Made by a program: the position numbers and the translations under genes. The notes below the pieces were generated by a model. It saw only the letters and a list, made by a program, of their open reading frames with translations. It ran no database searches and was not told the DNA's origin. A stretch of DNA of 64,000 nucleotides from an uncultured Prevotellaceae bacterium (GTDB taxonomy: Bacteria > Bacteroidota > Bacteroidia > Bacteroidales > Bacteroidaceae). The DNA is taken from NCBI GenBank assembly GCA_947303855.1, contig CAMYZO010000001.1, positions 24,072 through 88,071 on the forward strand, written 5' to 3'. This document shows, piece by piece, positions 27,676-37,004 of the stretch. Numbering within the stretch: position 1 is the first letter of the stretch; each line of letters opens with the position of its first letter.

Positions 27676-30600
27676 TTATTTGATAATGACTTTACGACCA
27701 TTCTGGATGTAGATGCCTGGTTGCGCCGGCTGTTTGACATGGCGCCCCTGCAGGTCGGTGTACGATGTTTCAGCCGGCTCTTCTGCGAAGTCTTCTATAC
27801 CCGTGGCATCGCCGCTGATGAGGTAGGCACGCGAGGCAGCCTGTCTTGGCAATGCCAGCCAGGCCCTATGGCCATCAATACGGAAGGCAGCACCGTTCTG
27901 TGCCCCCCAGAACCAGCCGAACGATGTAGCCAGAGAAGTATTGGAGGGGCCATACGACAGTTTATAGAACAGACTGTTGGCATCGCCACTGGTAGTCGTT
28001 GCGCTATTGCTGCCATGCAGGAGGTTGTTACCTATGGCAGAAGCGTCGGCTGTGGTGGTGCTGGTTAGCGTATAGGTAGCCGCCTTCTTCTGCGTGGCTT
28101 CAATAAGCACGGCGGTGCCCTTCGGTATGACACTGCCATTGAGTGTCTGGTAGTTCAGGCGACTGCCGTTAACACCGCTGACGATGCTGGCCTTCAGCCC
28201 GTCGGGCAGCGTGTAGTTGTCTTCGGAATCGTAGAAGGTAGCGTAGCCGGCTTCGGCTATGGCAAGGCTTATGGTCTTGGCCTGTGGCGACGTACCACTG
28301 GTCGTCAGTTCTTTCTCCACAGTCAGCGACTTCGGTTCATTCCAGCCAACGTGGTCGGTGGCCAGTGAGCAGAAGCCATACCGTGTGCCTGGCTGACAGG
28401 CGATGGTGGCTGTGGAACCACTGGTGATGGTAGCTGCCAGCTCGGGTTCACCGCCGTCCTTAAAGACATAGAGGTTGTAGCATTCGATGCCGGAGGTGGC
28501 GTCGCTGCCCTCCACTGTCACGACGAGCTGTTGGTTGCGCTCTTCAACCTTCGTCACCTTCGAAGTTGGGTAGTCGGTGTCGAAAGTATTGACGTAGGTG
28601 TTGGTGACGATCGGAGCGTTGGCGTCAAAGATGATGGTGGCGCGGTTGCTCACCTCGGACCCGCTGGCAGGTGCGGCTTTGTGCTCAATAGAGAAACTGA
28701 CGAAGCCCTCGCCATCGCGGTTGTCATTGTTAGGCACGAGGAAGCCCAGGTCGGGGTCGTCAATCTCGTCGCCGTTCGTCTTCAGCGAGACGAAGGCCCA
28801 GCTGGCAATGCCGGTCTGTGGGTCGAACTGTCCGCTGACGCGAACGCGGATATCCTGCTCCTTGACCCTATACATGATGTCGCGCGTAAACTCCTGCGTC
28901 TTGCTGCCGCCGACGACGAGTGTCGTGTCGGCCCAGCCGTAAGACGTGAAGGCAAACGTCGACAGGTCGTATTTCGTGGCATCGAGGGTGTCGGTGACGA
29001 ATACCTCATGGGCCGGTGCCGTTGCCGTCGACTTGTTTTCAAAAGTTATCGTGTAGGCCATCTGGTGGATGGGCTTAATGAAGTGGTAGTGGTCGTCATA
29101 CCCCGAAGGTCCAATCATCTCGTTGGGGTCGTAACTGCCGCGACCTTTGTTGCCAATCTCGTTGGGGTCACCCTTCAGACAACCTCTCATATCCCTGATA
29201 CTCTTGTATTTGCTATAAAGGTCCCAGGCCTTGCTTCCAAAGTTATAAAGACCCTTGACGAGTGAAGAACCGGGTATGACTTCAGAACCACAGTTGAAGA
29301 ACACATCGGCTGCATTTAAGAACAGTGTCGACCATTTACCTTCGGCACCGGTGGCTGTGCTGTAACCTGCCTTGGCGATGCTGCTGATGCAGCTGGCACC
29401 GGGAATAAAGCTGATGGCCGTGTCGAAGACAGCCGAAGCCCACTCTTTGGCGAAACACTCGCCCTGCTCCAGGGTGAAGGGTGCACGCGTCGTAGCACCA
29501 TTCGCAGAATTGTTTGGCCCCCACGGCTGCTCAATCCAGTAGCCAATCTTTATCTCGGCGGACGGCTCGTTGGTTCCCGGTGCCATTTTAATGCGGAACG
29601 AACGCTGGTTGGTGCTGTTCGGAGCGATGTAGGGAATCATGAACGAATAGACACGGATGCTATCCTTCGTTTGTTCGTCATACACTTTGATGTGGTCACC
29701 CATTTGCCGTGCCCATTCCTGTGCCTTATCGTCAAGAGCCGGGTCACAGAGGTAGAAGTCGAAGTCGAAAGACACATCAACGGTGCCGTGGCGTTCAGGG
29801 ATGACAATGACGATCGGTGTGTTATAGGCAGCTGTGTTCGATGTATTGCCGTATTCGATGGTGTAGCGCTGGTACTTGTTCCAGAGGCTGGCACCGCGAC
29901 CGTTGATCTGCATCCACACGTCAGGTTCCTCGCTTTTCTCGAGGGTGAAGGCCTGACGGAGCGTATCGGTGCCCACGATGATGTCGTACTTGCCCGTTGC
30001 TGCTTCCGTGAGGTTAAAGACGGCGGGAGCCAGGTCGTCGGCCGACGTTATCTTCTCTGAGTCGTATCCGTAGACCACATCCCACGTACCCTCAATGTCG
30101 CCATTGGCACCATGAAGCGCCACACGTGGCTTGTCATAATAAGTCAGTTTATAGCCGCCCTGAATGCGGAGCTTCACACCATCGGTCTGTCCTGCTATGT
30201 CGGGGAATACGCGACTCAGACCGCCGATAGTGATGCTCTTCGTCAGCGAGGCGAAGGCGTTGCTGTTGCCTGTGCCCTTGGCCGCCATCGTAAAGGAATA
30301 GGTGCCGGGATAGCGGGCGAAGTCTTTGGAGACATGCTGGTTCTTGCTCGTATCATAGGTACTGGGGTTGCTGGGGTATGGCATGATCCACCAGTATGCC
30401 TCGCCATCCTGGGTCATGTCGGTGCCATACACCACCTGTCCCTGCATGTTCTTGGTCAGCGTAAACTCCGGATGTGGCGGACGTATGCCGTCGTGCTCCA
30501 CAAGGTTGGCTTCCATGATGGGCACGGGGTCATTATGGTATTGGCTCTGGTCTTGCATAGAGCCGTCGAAGGTCAGCAGCAGACGGCAGTCTTTGTCTTT

Positions 30601-32712
30601 GGCGTCAGGCTTGTCGTAGAGATGCTGCTGTAGCTCCGCCTGCGAGAGGGCACGGCTGTAGATGGCGAAATTGTCGACCAGACACTTCGGTCCGGAATAG
30701 TTGCTACTGCGTCCTATGACGATGGGGTTGTTGCCGATGCGCAGCTTGCCGCGCTCGGTTGCCTTACCTATGAGCAGACCGTCGGCATAGAGGCGCAAGT
30801 TGTCTTTCTCCACATTGCTGTCGTAAGTCAGTGCCACATGGTGCCACAGTCCCCACTCTTTAATCTGATAGCGCCAGCGGTCCCAGATAGCCTTGCCGGT
30901 GCCATCGACAGACAGTTCGGTGCTCACACCGCCCTCGAAAGAGAAGTAGTCGCTATAGTCACTGCCCACTTTGATATACCATCCTCCGCGGTAACGGCTG
31001 CCTTCGTAGTCGGGGAGGTCATTCGTTAGGCTGGCAATCTGGAACGAGGTACCCTGATCTACCCTAACCCAGCACTCCACCGTTGTGGCCGCCTGTGTCT
31101 CCATGAGACTGGGTGTCATGGGTATGGTGAGGTTGGTCATCGGACGGTCAATCTTCTGTTCCTCCACCTTCGAAATATCCAAGGCCATCTCTTTGTCTGT
31201 TGTGGCCGAGGGTCGGTCGTTGCGGCGGTAGACGATATTCCAGAAATAACTCTCGAAGGCTTTGTAGGGCGAGCTGTAGTGCATCAGCCAATGTTCGGTA
31301 CCCTCGCTGTCCATCAGCACGGTGAGCGACTGGTTGTTCCGGTTCTTGGAGTCCCATGACTCAGTGCCCATGGCGAAGTTACGGTACACAGAGCGGAAAC
31401 CATCCTTCGACTCCACCAATAAGGCACGCACACCTGTCAGATAGACGTGCTGGCCCGTGGGGTCGTCGGGGGCTATGTACAGTTCATAGAAATTGCTGTA
31501 GCCATCATAGCGGCCCGACCAATAACAGCGCTCCTGTATGTTCCATGTCTGTCCGCCGTCATGTGAGTACCATATCTTCGGACCGTTGGGGTTCTGTAGT
31601 ACGTAGATGTGCTGACCCTTGGCAGCGATAGCTCCAGTTGTGCCCGTTGTGCCAGGCAGATACTTGGCTTCGGTCCATGTCTTTCCGCCATCGGTAGAGC
31701 GGCGGAACACGGTGTGGGCGCGGCTGCCGTTATACTCCGGATGCTCTTCTTCCTTGTCGATGCAACCCTTGAAGATGATGTTGACAACATCGCCCTCGAG
31801 CGTCATCTGCGGATGGTAGTTGAACGATTCGCCATTGTAGCCTTTCATATAGTTCAGTTCACACCACGACTTGTCGTTCTGAAGAATCGGTGCGATGTTC
31901 TGTGTGCTGATGGTCTGACCGCCGTCTGTTGATGTCGAATAATAGACGTTGCCCCACCACATGTTATAATTCCAGTATGAGTCGCTGCCCAGCACTGCCC
32001 AGCGGCGGCCTGAAACCTGAACGTCGGCAAGGTTCTGAGTCATGTCTATCTCTTTGTCGGTGAACGTTGCACCGCCGTCGAATGAGGTCAGCACTCGCGT
32101 TTTGTAGTCGTTGTTGTTGTAGCGGGCGCGCTGGAAGGCAATGACCAGCGTCTGACCATCAGCCACCACATGGGGCCGACCGTAATTGTAGTGGCCGTCG
32201 CCCTCGCTGCCTTTGGACAACACGCGCTGCTGGAAAGTCTGGCCGCCGTCGTGCGAGTAGGTGTAGAGTAATTCGCTGTTCTGGTCGTCGTCAGACCTGA
32301 CAATGGTAACAAGATGGACGTTCTGTCCTTCTACGGCATACCACTTGCTGTTGCTACCAAAGCTGCCGCCAGCATAGTTGATGTCGACCATCGAAAAGTT
32401 CTTTGATTTGATTACGGTACGGGCCTCTTCCCACGTTCGGCCAGCGTCGGCAGAGCGACGGTAGTAGACACACGTTTCACCTTGGGCATTGGGCTTCCAG
32501 TCGGGCCAGAACACGTGGAGCGTCTGTCCCGACACCGCCGCCTGCATGGGCAGCAGATTGGAGGTGTAGTACGTGGTGTCGTTGACACTACATGACAGAT
32601 TCTGCCACCCGCCCCAGTTGGCGGGCAGGTGTTTGTCCATGTCGTTGGCTGCCTGACCCATCAATGAGGGCAGCAACAACAGTAATAATAGCTGTAGTCT
32701 TTTCATCATCAT
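27676..32712 (-). CDS. large secreted multidomain protein: Asp-box (BNR) beta-propeller, LamG-like domain, SYDPN-type Ig-like domain, T9SS-type C-terminus
   Basis: Signal peptide; six SxDxGxTW/F-type Asp boxes; TVECWV...WHHVALTYD...LYADG...DNFAIYSRALS (LamG); SYDPNEMIGP...YTITFEN; C-terminus YTDLQGR...GIYIQNGRKVIIK. Confidence 0.8.
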   Translation of the reverse strand: MMMKRLQLLLLLLLPSLMGQAANDMDKHLPANWGGWQNLSCSVNDTTYYTSNLLPMQAAVSGQTLHVFWPDWKPNAQGETCVYYRRSADAGRTWEEARTVIKSKNFSMVDINYAGGSFGSNSKWYAVEGQNVHLVTIVRSDDDQNSELLYTYSHDGGQTFQQRVLSKGSEGDGHYNYGRPHVVADGQTLVIAFQRARYNNNDYKTRVLTSFDGGATFTDKEIDMTQNLADVQVSGRRWAVLGSDSYWNYNMWWGNVYYSTSTDGGQTISTQNIAPILQNDKSWCELNYMKGYNGESFNYHPQMTLEGDVVNIIFKGCIDKEEEHPEYNGSRAHTVFRRSTDGGKTWTEAKYLPGTTGTTGAIAAKGQHIYVLQNPNGPKIWYSHDGGQTWNIQERCYWSGRYDGYSNFYELYIAPDDPTGQHVYLTGVRALLVESKDGFRSVYRNFAMGTESWDSKNRNNQSLTVLMDSEGTEHWLMHYSSPYKAFESYFWNIVYRRNDRPSATTDKEMALDISKVEEQKIDRPMTNLTIPMTPSLMETQAATTVECWVRVDQGTSFQIASLTNDLPDYEGSRYRGGWYIKVGSDYSDYFSFEGGVSTELSVDGTGKAIWDRWRYQIKEWGLWHHVALTYDSNVEKDNLRLYADGLLIGKATERGKLRIGNNPIVIGRSSNYSGPKCLVDNFAIYSRALSQAELQQHLYDKPDAKDKDCRLLLTFDGSMQDQSQYHNDPVPIMEANLVEHDGIRPPHPEFTLTKNMQGQVVYGTDMTQDGEAYWWIMPYPSNPSTYDTSKNQHVSKDFARYPGTYSFTMAAKGTGNSNAFASLTKSITIGGLSRVFPDIAGQTDGVKLRIQGGYKLTYYDKPRVALHGANGDIEGTWDVVYGYDSEKITSADDLAPAVFNLTEAATGKYDIIVGTDTLRQAFTLEKSEEPDVWMQINGRGASLWNKYQRYTIEYGNTSNTAAYNTPIVIVIPERHGTVDVSFDFDFYLCDPALDDKAQEWARQMGDHIKVYDEQTKDSIRVYSFMIPYIAPNSTNQRSFRIKMAPGTNEPSAEIKIGYWIEQPWGPNNSANGATTRAPFTLEQGECFAKEWASAVFDTAISFIPGASCISSIAKAGYSTATGAEGKWSTLFLNAADVFFNCGSEVIPGSSLVKGLYNFGSKAWDLYSKYKSIRDMRGCLKGDPNEIGNKGRGSYDPNEMIGPSGYDDHYHFIKPIHQMAYTITFENKSTATAPAHEVFVTDTLDATKYDLSTFAFTSYGWADTTLVVGGSKTQEFTRDIMYRVKEQDIRVRVSGQFDPQTGIASWAFVSLKTNGDEIDDPDLGFLVPNNDNRDGEGFVSFSIEHKAAPASGSEVSNRATIIFDANAPIVTNTYVNTFDTDYPTSKVTKVEERNQQLVVTVEGSDATSGIECYNLYVFKDGGEPELAATITSGSTATIACQPGTRYGFCSLATDHVGWNEPKSLTVEKELTTSGTSPQAKTISLAIAEAGYATFYDSEDNYTLPDGLKASIVSGVNGSRLNYQTLNGSVIPKGTAVLIEATQKKAATYTLTSTTTADASAIGNNLLHGSNSATTTSGDANSLFYKLSYGPSNTSLATSFGWFWGAQNGAAFRIDGHRAWLALPRQAASRAYLISGDATGIEDFAEEPAETSYTDLQGRHVKQPAQPGIYIQNGRKVIIK

Positions 32713-33003
32713 GTCAGTATTTTGTATGTAATGTTATTCCGATTCGCGCAATATGACTACAAAGATAAGGGAATCAACTCATAGCGCTTGTTTCTTTTTC
32801 AAAGATTTTTTTCCCGAATTCACAATTATTCATTCTCAAGCGACCTTCCGCTTTCCCGATTTTGCAATTACAAAGGCGCAAAAAACATCGGTTTCATCGA
32901 AAAAAAGTAAAACAAAAGGGTTTGTCAGTCGTTCGAGGCTTTTCCCGCAGTTTTTTTGCCAACTTTCTTGCTTTTTCAAAGTAATTACATTAATTTTGCA
33001 GCC

Positions 33004-34137
33004 ATGATAGCCGTCTTAGTTTCATCTCTGCCCATGATTGTATGTGGCGTTCTCTCAGTGCTGATAGCTCTGAGCCTGTGGAATGATAGGAATATGGCAA
33101 AGATACGCTTGCTCTTTTTTATGGCAACGGCAACGGTGCTGTATACGGCTCATTGTATGTACTTCAACCATCAGACATCCATGATTTCCCTGACAGACAC
33201 CTTCTATTGCTTCTGCAACCCTGCTGTTTTCCCACTGTATTATCTCTACATTGAAGAATTAACAGAATACCGCCCAAATCGCTTCAGACAGGCACTCTGT
33301 TTGCTGCCATCGCTGCTATGCTTCCTGTCTGTAGGTATTATCTATTTGCTAATGGACGGCAATGATACGGCTTTGTTCATACAGCAGTATCTCTATAGCA
33401 ATGAATATGCTGTACTGACAGGCCTTGCCTGGTGGCAGAGTATGGCTCATATTGCCGTAAGAATTGTATTTGCCATCCAGGTACCGTTAGTGCTGTTTGG
33501 GGGCTTTCGACGGATTGCGGCCTATAACTCGATAGTGGAGTCCAACTATTCGAACATTGAGGGAAAGCGGATTGTTGGAGTGAAAACGCTCTTGGTACTT
33601 TTCGCCGTTACGTCGCTTGTGGCCTTCGTCTTCAACCTGATAGGCCGTCAGCGGTTCGTTGATGGACATGAGCTGCTGTCTTTCCCTGCCGTGATATTCT
33701 CTTTGCTGTTGCTTCTGATAGGCCATGTGGGCTTGAGCCAACGGTTCTCGGTAAAAGACATTGAAACAGAGGTATTCCAAGACACTGGGCCAATGGCCGA
33801 GAATGAAGGCGGCAGTGAGTTACTGGAACGCATCAGGAAAATGGTAAACGACGAAAAGCTCTACTTGTATCCGAACTTGAAGGTCAGCGATCTGGCAGTG
33901 CGACTGCACACTAACCGCAACTACATATATCATGCCATCAATGTAGAGATGGGCACCTCATTCTCTGATTATATCAACGGCCTGCGCATTGACTATGCCA
34001 CGCAACTGCTTGAGGCGCAGCCCGAATTGTCGATTAATGATGTCATGACGAAGGCGGGATTCACCTCAAGCAGTGCCTTTTACCGAAACTTTAAGAAATT
34101 CAAAGGTATAACTCCTACGGAGAAACGGGCAAAATAA
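33004..34137 (+). CDS. membrane-anchored AraC-family transcriptional regulator
   Basis: About 7 N-terminal TM helices; C-terminal LYPNLKVSDLA..TNRNY...FSDYINGLRI...GFTSSSAFYRNFKK..GITP. A TAATTTTG promoter lies at 32991-32998. Confidence 0.9.
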   Translation: MIAVLVSSLPMIVCGVLSVLIALSLWNDRNMAKIRLLFFMATATVLYTAHCMYFNHQTSMISLTDTFYCFCNPAVFPLYYLYIEELTEYRPNRFRQALCLLPSLLCFLSVGIIYLLMDGNDTALFIQQYLYSNEYAVLTGLAWWQSMAHIAVRIVFAIQVPLVLFGGFRRIAAYNSIVESNYSNIEGKRIVGVKTLLVLFAVTSLVAFVFNLIGRQRFVDGHELLSFPAVIFSLLLLLIGHVGLSQRFSVKDIETEVFQDTGPMAENEGGSELLERIRKMVNDEKLYLYPNLKVSDLAVRLHTNRNYIYHAINVEMGTSFSDYINGLRIDYATQLLEAQPELSINDVMTKAGFTSSSAFYRNFKKFKGITPTEKRAK

Positions 34138-34158
34138 AGAGGCAGCAACTGCTGCCTC
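34131..34158 (-). terminator. intrinsic terminator of the arg operon (between convergent araC-like gene and argC)
   Basis: Stem GAGGCAGC/GCTGCCTC with TTTATTTT following on the minus strand. Confidence 0.75.
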
Positions 34159-34176
34159 CCTGAGTGTTGGTGTCTG

Positions 34177-35262
34177 TCAGAAAGCCGAGGCTTTCAGCCT
34201 CAGCCCTGCTGTCTCGTCGATGCCGAACATGATATTCATGTTCTGTACAGCCTGGCCGACAGCACCTTTCAGCAGGTTGTCGATGGCTGAGGTGACCAGC
34301 AGCTTGTTGCCGTATTTCTCTACATGTACCAGCGCCTTGTTGGTGTTCACCACCTGCTTCAGGTCAATGGGCTTGTCGGTGTAGTGGGTGAAGGCGGCGT
34401 CGGCATAGAAGTCCTTGTAAGCCTCAATAACGTCCTCTACTGGGGCTGGCGTCTTGATGACGGCGGTACAGAAGATGCCACGGGCGAAGTCGCCACGGTA
34501 GGGAATGAAGTCGATGTCGGCATCAAGATACCCCTGCACCTGCTTCAGACTCTGGCGTATCTCGGCGATGTGCTGGTGCTGGAAGGGCTTGTAGATGCTG
34601 AGGTTATTATTGCGCCACGAGAAGTGGGTGGTGGCACCAGGCTTCTGGCCTGCTCCCGTGGAACCGGTGATGGCATTGACGGCCACATCCTCCTTGAGCA
34701 GGTTCAGGTGGGCGGCAGGCAACAGTGCCACCTGGATACAGGTGGCGAAGCAGCCGGGGTTAGCCACATGCTGCGCCTTAGCAATCTCCTCTCTGTTGAT
34801 TTCAGGAAGACCGTAGACCCAGGAAGCCCCCCTCTGTCCCCCCGAAGGGGGGAGGAACGGATGGCTTGAGTTTTCCCCTCCCCTTTCGGGGGAGTTAGAG
34901 GGGGCTACCCTGAAATCCTGTGCCAGATCGATAATCTTGACGTGCTCGGGGATGGTATGTTCCTTCAAGAACTGCTCACTCTTTCCGTGTCCGAAGCAGA
35001 AGAATACAACATCAACCTGATCGAAGGGCATCTGGTCGGTGAAGCGCATATCGGTCTCGCCAATGAGACCTTCATGGACGTCGCTGACCAGGTTGCCAGC
35101 GTTACTCTCTGAGTTGGCAAAGACAATCTCCGCATAGGGGTGGTTCAGCAGTACACGGATAAGTTCGCCACCAGTGTAGCCGGCGGCGCCTAAAACCCCA
35201 ACGGAAAGGCCCCCTCTGTCCCCCCGAAGGGGGGAGGAATTGTTATGTTCGTTTGTTTTCAT
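34177..35262 (-). CDS. argC: N-acetyl-gamma-glutamyl-phosphate reductase
   Basis: GAAGYTGGEL, YGLPE, ANPGCFAT, TGSTGAG, DNLLKGAVGQAVQNMN; carries repeat-derived peptide inserts. Confidence 0.95.
   Translation of the reverse strand: MKTNEHNNSSPLRGDRGGLSVGVLGAAGYTGGELIRVLLNHPYAEIVFANSESNAGNLVSDVHEGLIGETDMRFTDQMPFDQVDVVFFCFGHGKSEQFLKEHTIPEHVKIIDLAQDFRVAPSNSPERGGENSSHPFLPPSGGQRGASWVYGLPEINREEIAKAQHVANPGCFATCIQVALLPAAHLNLLKEDVAVNAITGSTGAGQKPGATTHFSWRNNNLSIYKPFQHQHIAEIRQSLKQVQGYLDADIDFIPYRGDFARGIFCTAVIKTPAPVEDVIEAYKDFYADAAFTHYTDKPIDLKQVVNTNKALVHVEKYGNKLLVTSAIDNLLKGAVGQAVQNMNIMFGIDETAGLRLKASAF
34825..34906. repeat. inverted pair of GC-rich hairpin repeats inserted in-frame in argC
   Basis: AGCCCCCCTCTGTCCCCCCGAAGGGGGGAGGAA ... 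TTTTCCCCTCCCCTTTCGGGGGAGTTAGAGGGGGCT. Confidence 0.85.
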
Positions 35263-35696
35263 TTATATACGTTTTGATTTTTATTATCGTTCCTTCGATG
35301 TCTCCAAGAACTTCTTCGTTAGAGAATCTTATGACTTTAAAGCCTTTGTTTTCTAACCATTTTGTCCTTTCTTCATCGTTCACTTGCTGCGTAGGCAGTT
35401 CATGATAGCCACCATCCAATTCTATAATGAGTCGTAAAGGCAGACAGGCAAAGTCGGCAATATAGTCGCCAATGATGTGCTGCCTTCGAAAGTGTGCCCC
35501 CAACTGGTCGCTTCGTAAGAACTTCCAGAGAATCATTTCTGCCGGTGTCTCATTTTGTCTGTTCTCTTTGACGAATTGTTTCAAAAGACCATATATGCAT
35601 GGATTGGCCAACTGAACTCCCAGTCCCTCGTCGTGTTTGGTGAACTGACGTGATGGAGACAATTCCTCCCCCCTTCGGGGGGGATTGAGGGGGGCT
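35208..35696 (-). mobile_element. putative DUF559 endonuclease cassette bounded by ~36 bp inverted hairpin repeats
   Basis: Ends 35208-35243 and 35659-35696 are inverted and share 24 identical bp (CCCCCCGAAGGGGGGAGGAATTGT). The interior is AT-richer than the arg genes. Confidence 0.65.
35243..35662 (-). CDS. DUF559 / Vsr-like endonuclease domain protein
   Basis: R...TPAE..LW..LR..QLG..FRRQH.IGDYIADF...LIIELDGGYH......DEERT.WL...GFKVIRFSNEEV. Start is uncertain (see finding). Confidence 0.88.
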   Translation of the reverse strand: MSPSRQFTKHDEGLGVQLANPCIYGLLKQFVKENRQNETPAEMILWKFLRSDQLGAHFRRQHIIGDYIADFACLPLRLIIELDGGYHELPTQQVNDEERTKWLENKGFKVIRFSNEEVLGDIEGTIIKIKTYINENKRT

Positions 35697-36936
35697 ACCT
35701 TTCATTCGGATGCACTCCGTAGTACACTCTGAGCGGCGTTGAACTCACCTTGATGAAGCCCTTGGCCTCGTCGGCCGTCCAGCCCGTCTGCGTCTCGCCA
35801 TACTCGCCCAGCTTCGACTTCGTCAGGTCGTTGGCAGAGTCGATGCCCACGGTCTCGAAGCCGTAGGGGCGGAGCTTCAGGATGGCGGTGCCGGTGACGT
35901 TGCGCTGGCTGCTGGTCAGCATAGCCTCCATGTCGGGCATCACCGGCTCTAAGTACTGGCTCTCATGCAGGAACATGCCGTACCAGTTGGCCACCTGGTC
36001 CTTCCAGTACTGCTGCCACTTCGACAGCGTCGACTTCTCTAACAGGCGGTGAGCCTCGATAATCAGCTTCGGCGCAGCAGCCTCGAAGCCTACACGGCCC
36101 TTGATGCCGATAATCGTATCGCCGACGTTGGCATCACGGCCGATGGCATACGAGGCACCTATCTCCTCAATCTTCTGGATGGCCTTGATGTGGTCGTCAA
36201 ACTTCTCGCCGTTGACACCGACAATCTCGCCCTTCTCAAACTGAATCTTCAGCAGCGTCTCCTGCTCCTTGGCAGTAACGTGCTTCAGGTAAGCCTCCTC
36301 AGGCAGTCCCTGCGTGGGGTCGAGCAGCTCGCCGCCGCAGATGCTGGTGCCCCAGATGCCCACGTTGTACGAGTACTTCAGCTTGGTGAAGTCGGCAAAA
36401 TAGCCGTTGGCGTTCAGGTAGTCCACCTCCTCCTTGCGGGTGAGGTTCCTGTCGCGTGTCAGTGTGATAATCTCCACGCCGGGAGCCATCACGAGGAAGG
36501 TCATGTCGAAACGTATCTGGTCATTGCCGGCACCCGTCGAACCGTGTGCAATGGCATCGGCGCCAATCTCCTTGGCATAGCGTGCGATGGCGATGGCCTG
36601 GAAGATACGCTCCGACGAGACGCTGATGGGGTAGCAGTTGTTACGCAGCACGTTGCCGAAGATCATGTACTTCAGCGACTTCTCGTAATACTCCTGTGTC
36701 ACGTCGAGTGTCACATACTTCACGGCGCCCAGCTTGTAGGCGTTCTCCTCGTTCCGCTTCAGCTGCTCGGCTGAGAATCCGCCGGTATTGGCACAGGCGG
36801 CATACACTTCATAACCTAACTCCTTGGTCAGATACATCACATTGTAACTGGTATCAAGCCCACCAGAGAAGGCCACAACAACTTTGCGCCCCCCCTTCTT
36901 CTCCCCCGAGGGGGAGTGATTTACATTATTTTCCAT
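35695..36936 (-). CDS. argG: argininosuccinate synthase
   Basis: AFSGGLDTS, HGSTGAGNDQIRF, IGIKGRVGFEA. Confidence 0.96.
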   Translation of the reverse strand: MENNVNHSPSGEKKGGRKVVVAFSGGLDTSYNVMYLTKELGYEVYAACANTGGFSAEQLKRNEENAYKLGAVKYVTLDVTQEYYEKSLKYMIFGNVLRNNCYPISVSSERIFQAIAIARYAKEIGADAIAHGSTGAGNDQIRFDMTFLVMAPGVEIITLTRDRNLTRKEEVDYLNANGYFADFTKLKYSYNVGIWGTSICGGELLDPTQGLPEEAYLKHVTAKEQETLLKIQFEKGEIVGVNGEKFDDHIKAIQKIEEIGASYAIGRDANVGDTIIGIKGRVGFEAAAPKLIIEAHRLLEKSTLSKWQQYWKDQVANWYGMFLHESQYLEPVMPDMEAMLTSSQRNVTGTAILKLRPYGFETVGIDSANDLTKSKLGEYGETQTGWTADEAKGFIKVSSTPLRVYYGVHPNER

Positions 36937-37003
36937 TATGTTGTTTTTTAATTAATTAATCATTATTACTAAGCCCTCCCCCGGGAGGGTTTGGGAGGGG
37001 TTT
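36888..37003. repeat. inverted pair of GC-rich hairpin repeats spanning the argG start region
   Basis: GCCCCCCCTTCTTCTCCCCCGAGGGGGAG (36888-36916) and AGCCCTCCCCCGGGAGGGTTTGGGAGGGGTTT (36972-37003) in opposite orientation around an AT-rich core. Confidence 0.75.
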
Positions 37004-37004
37004 C

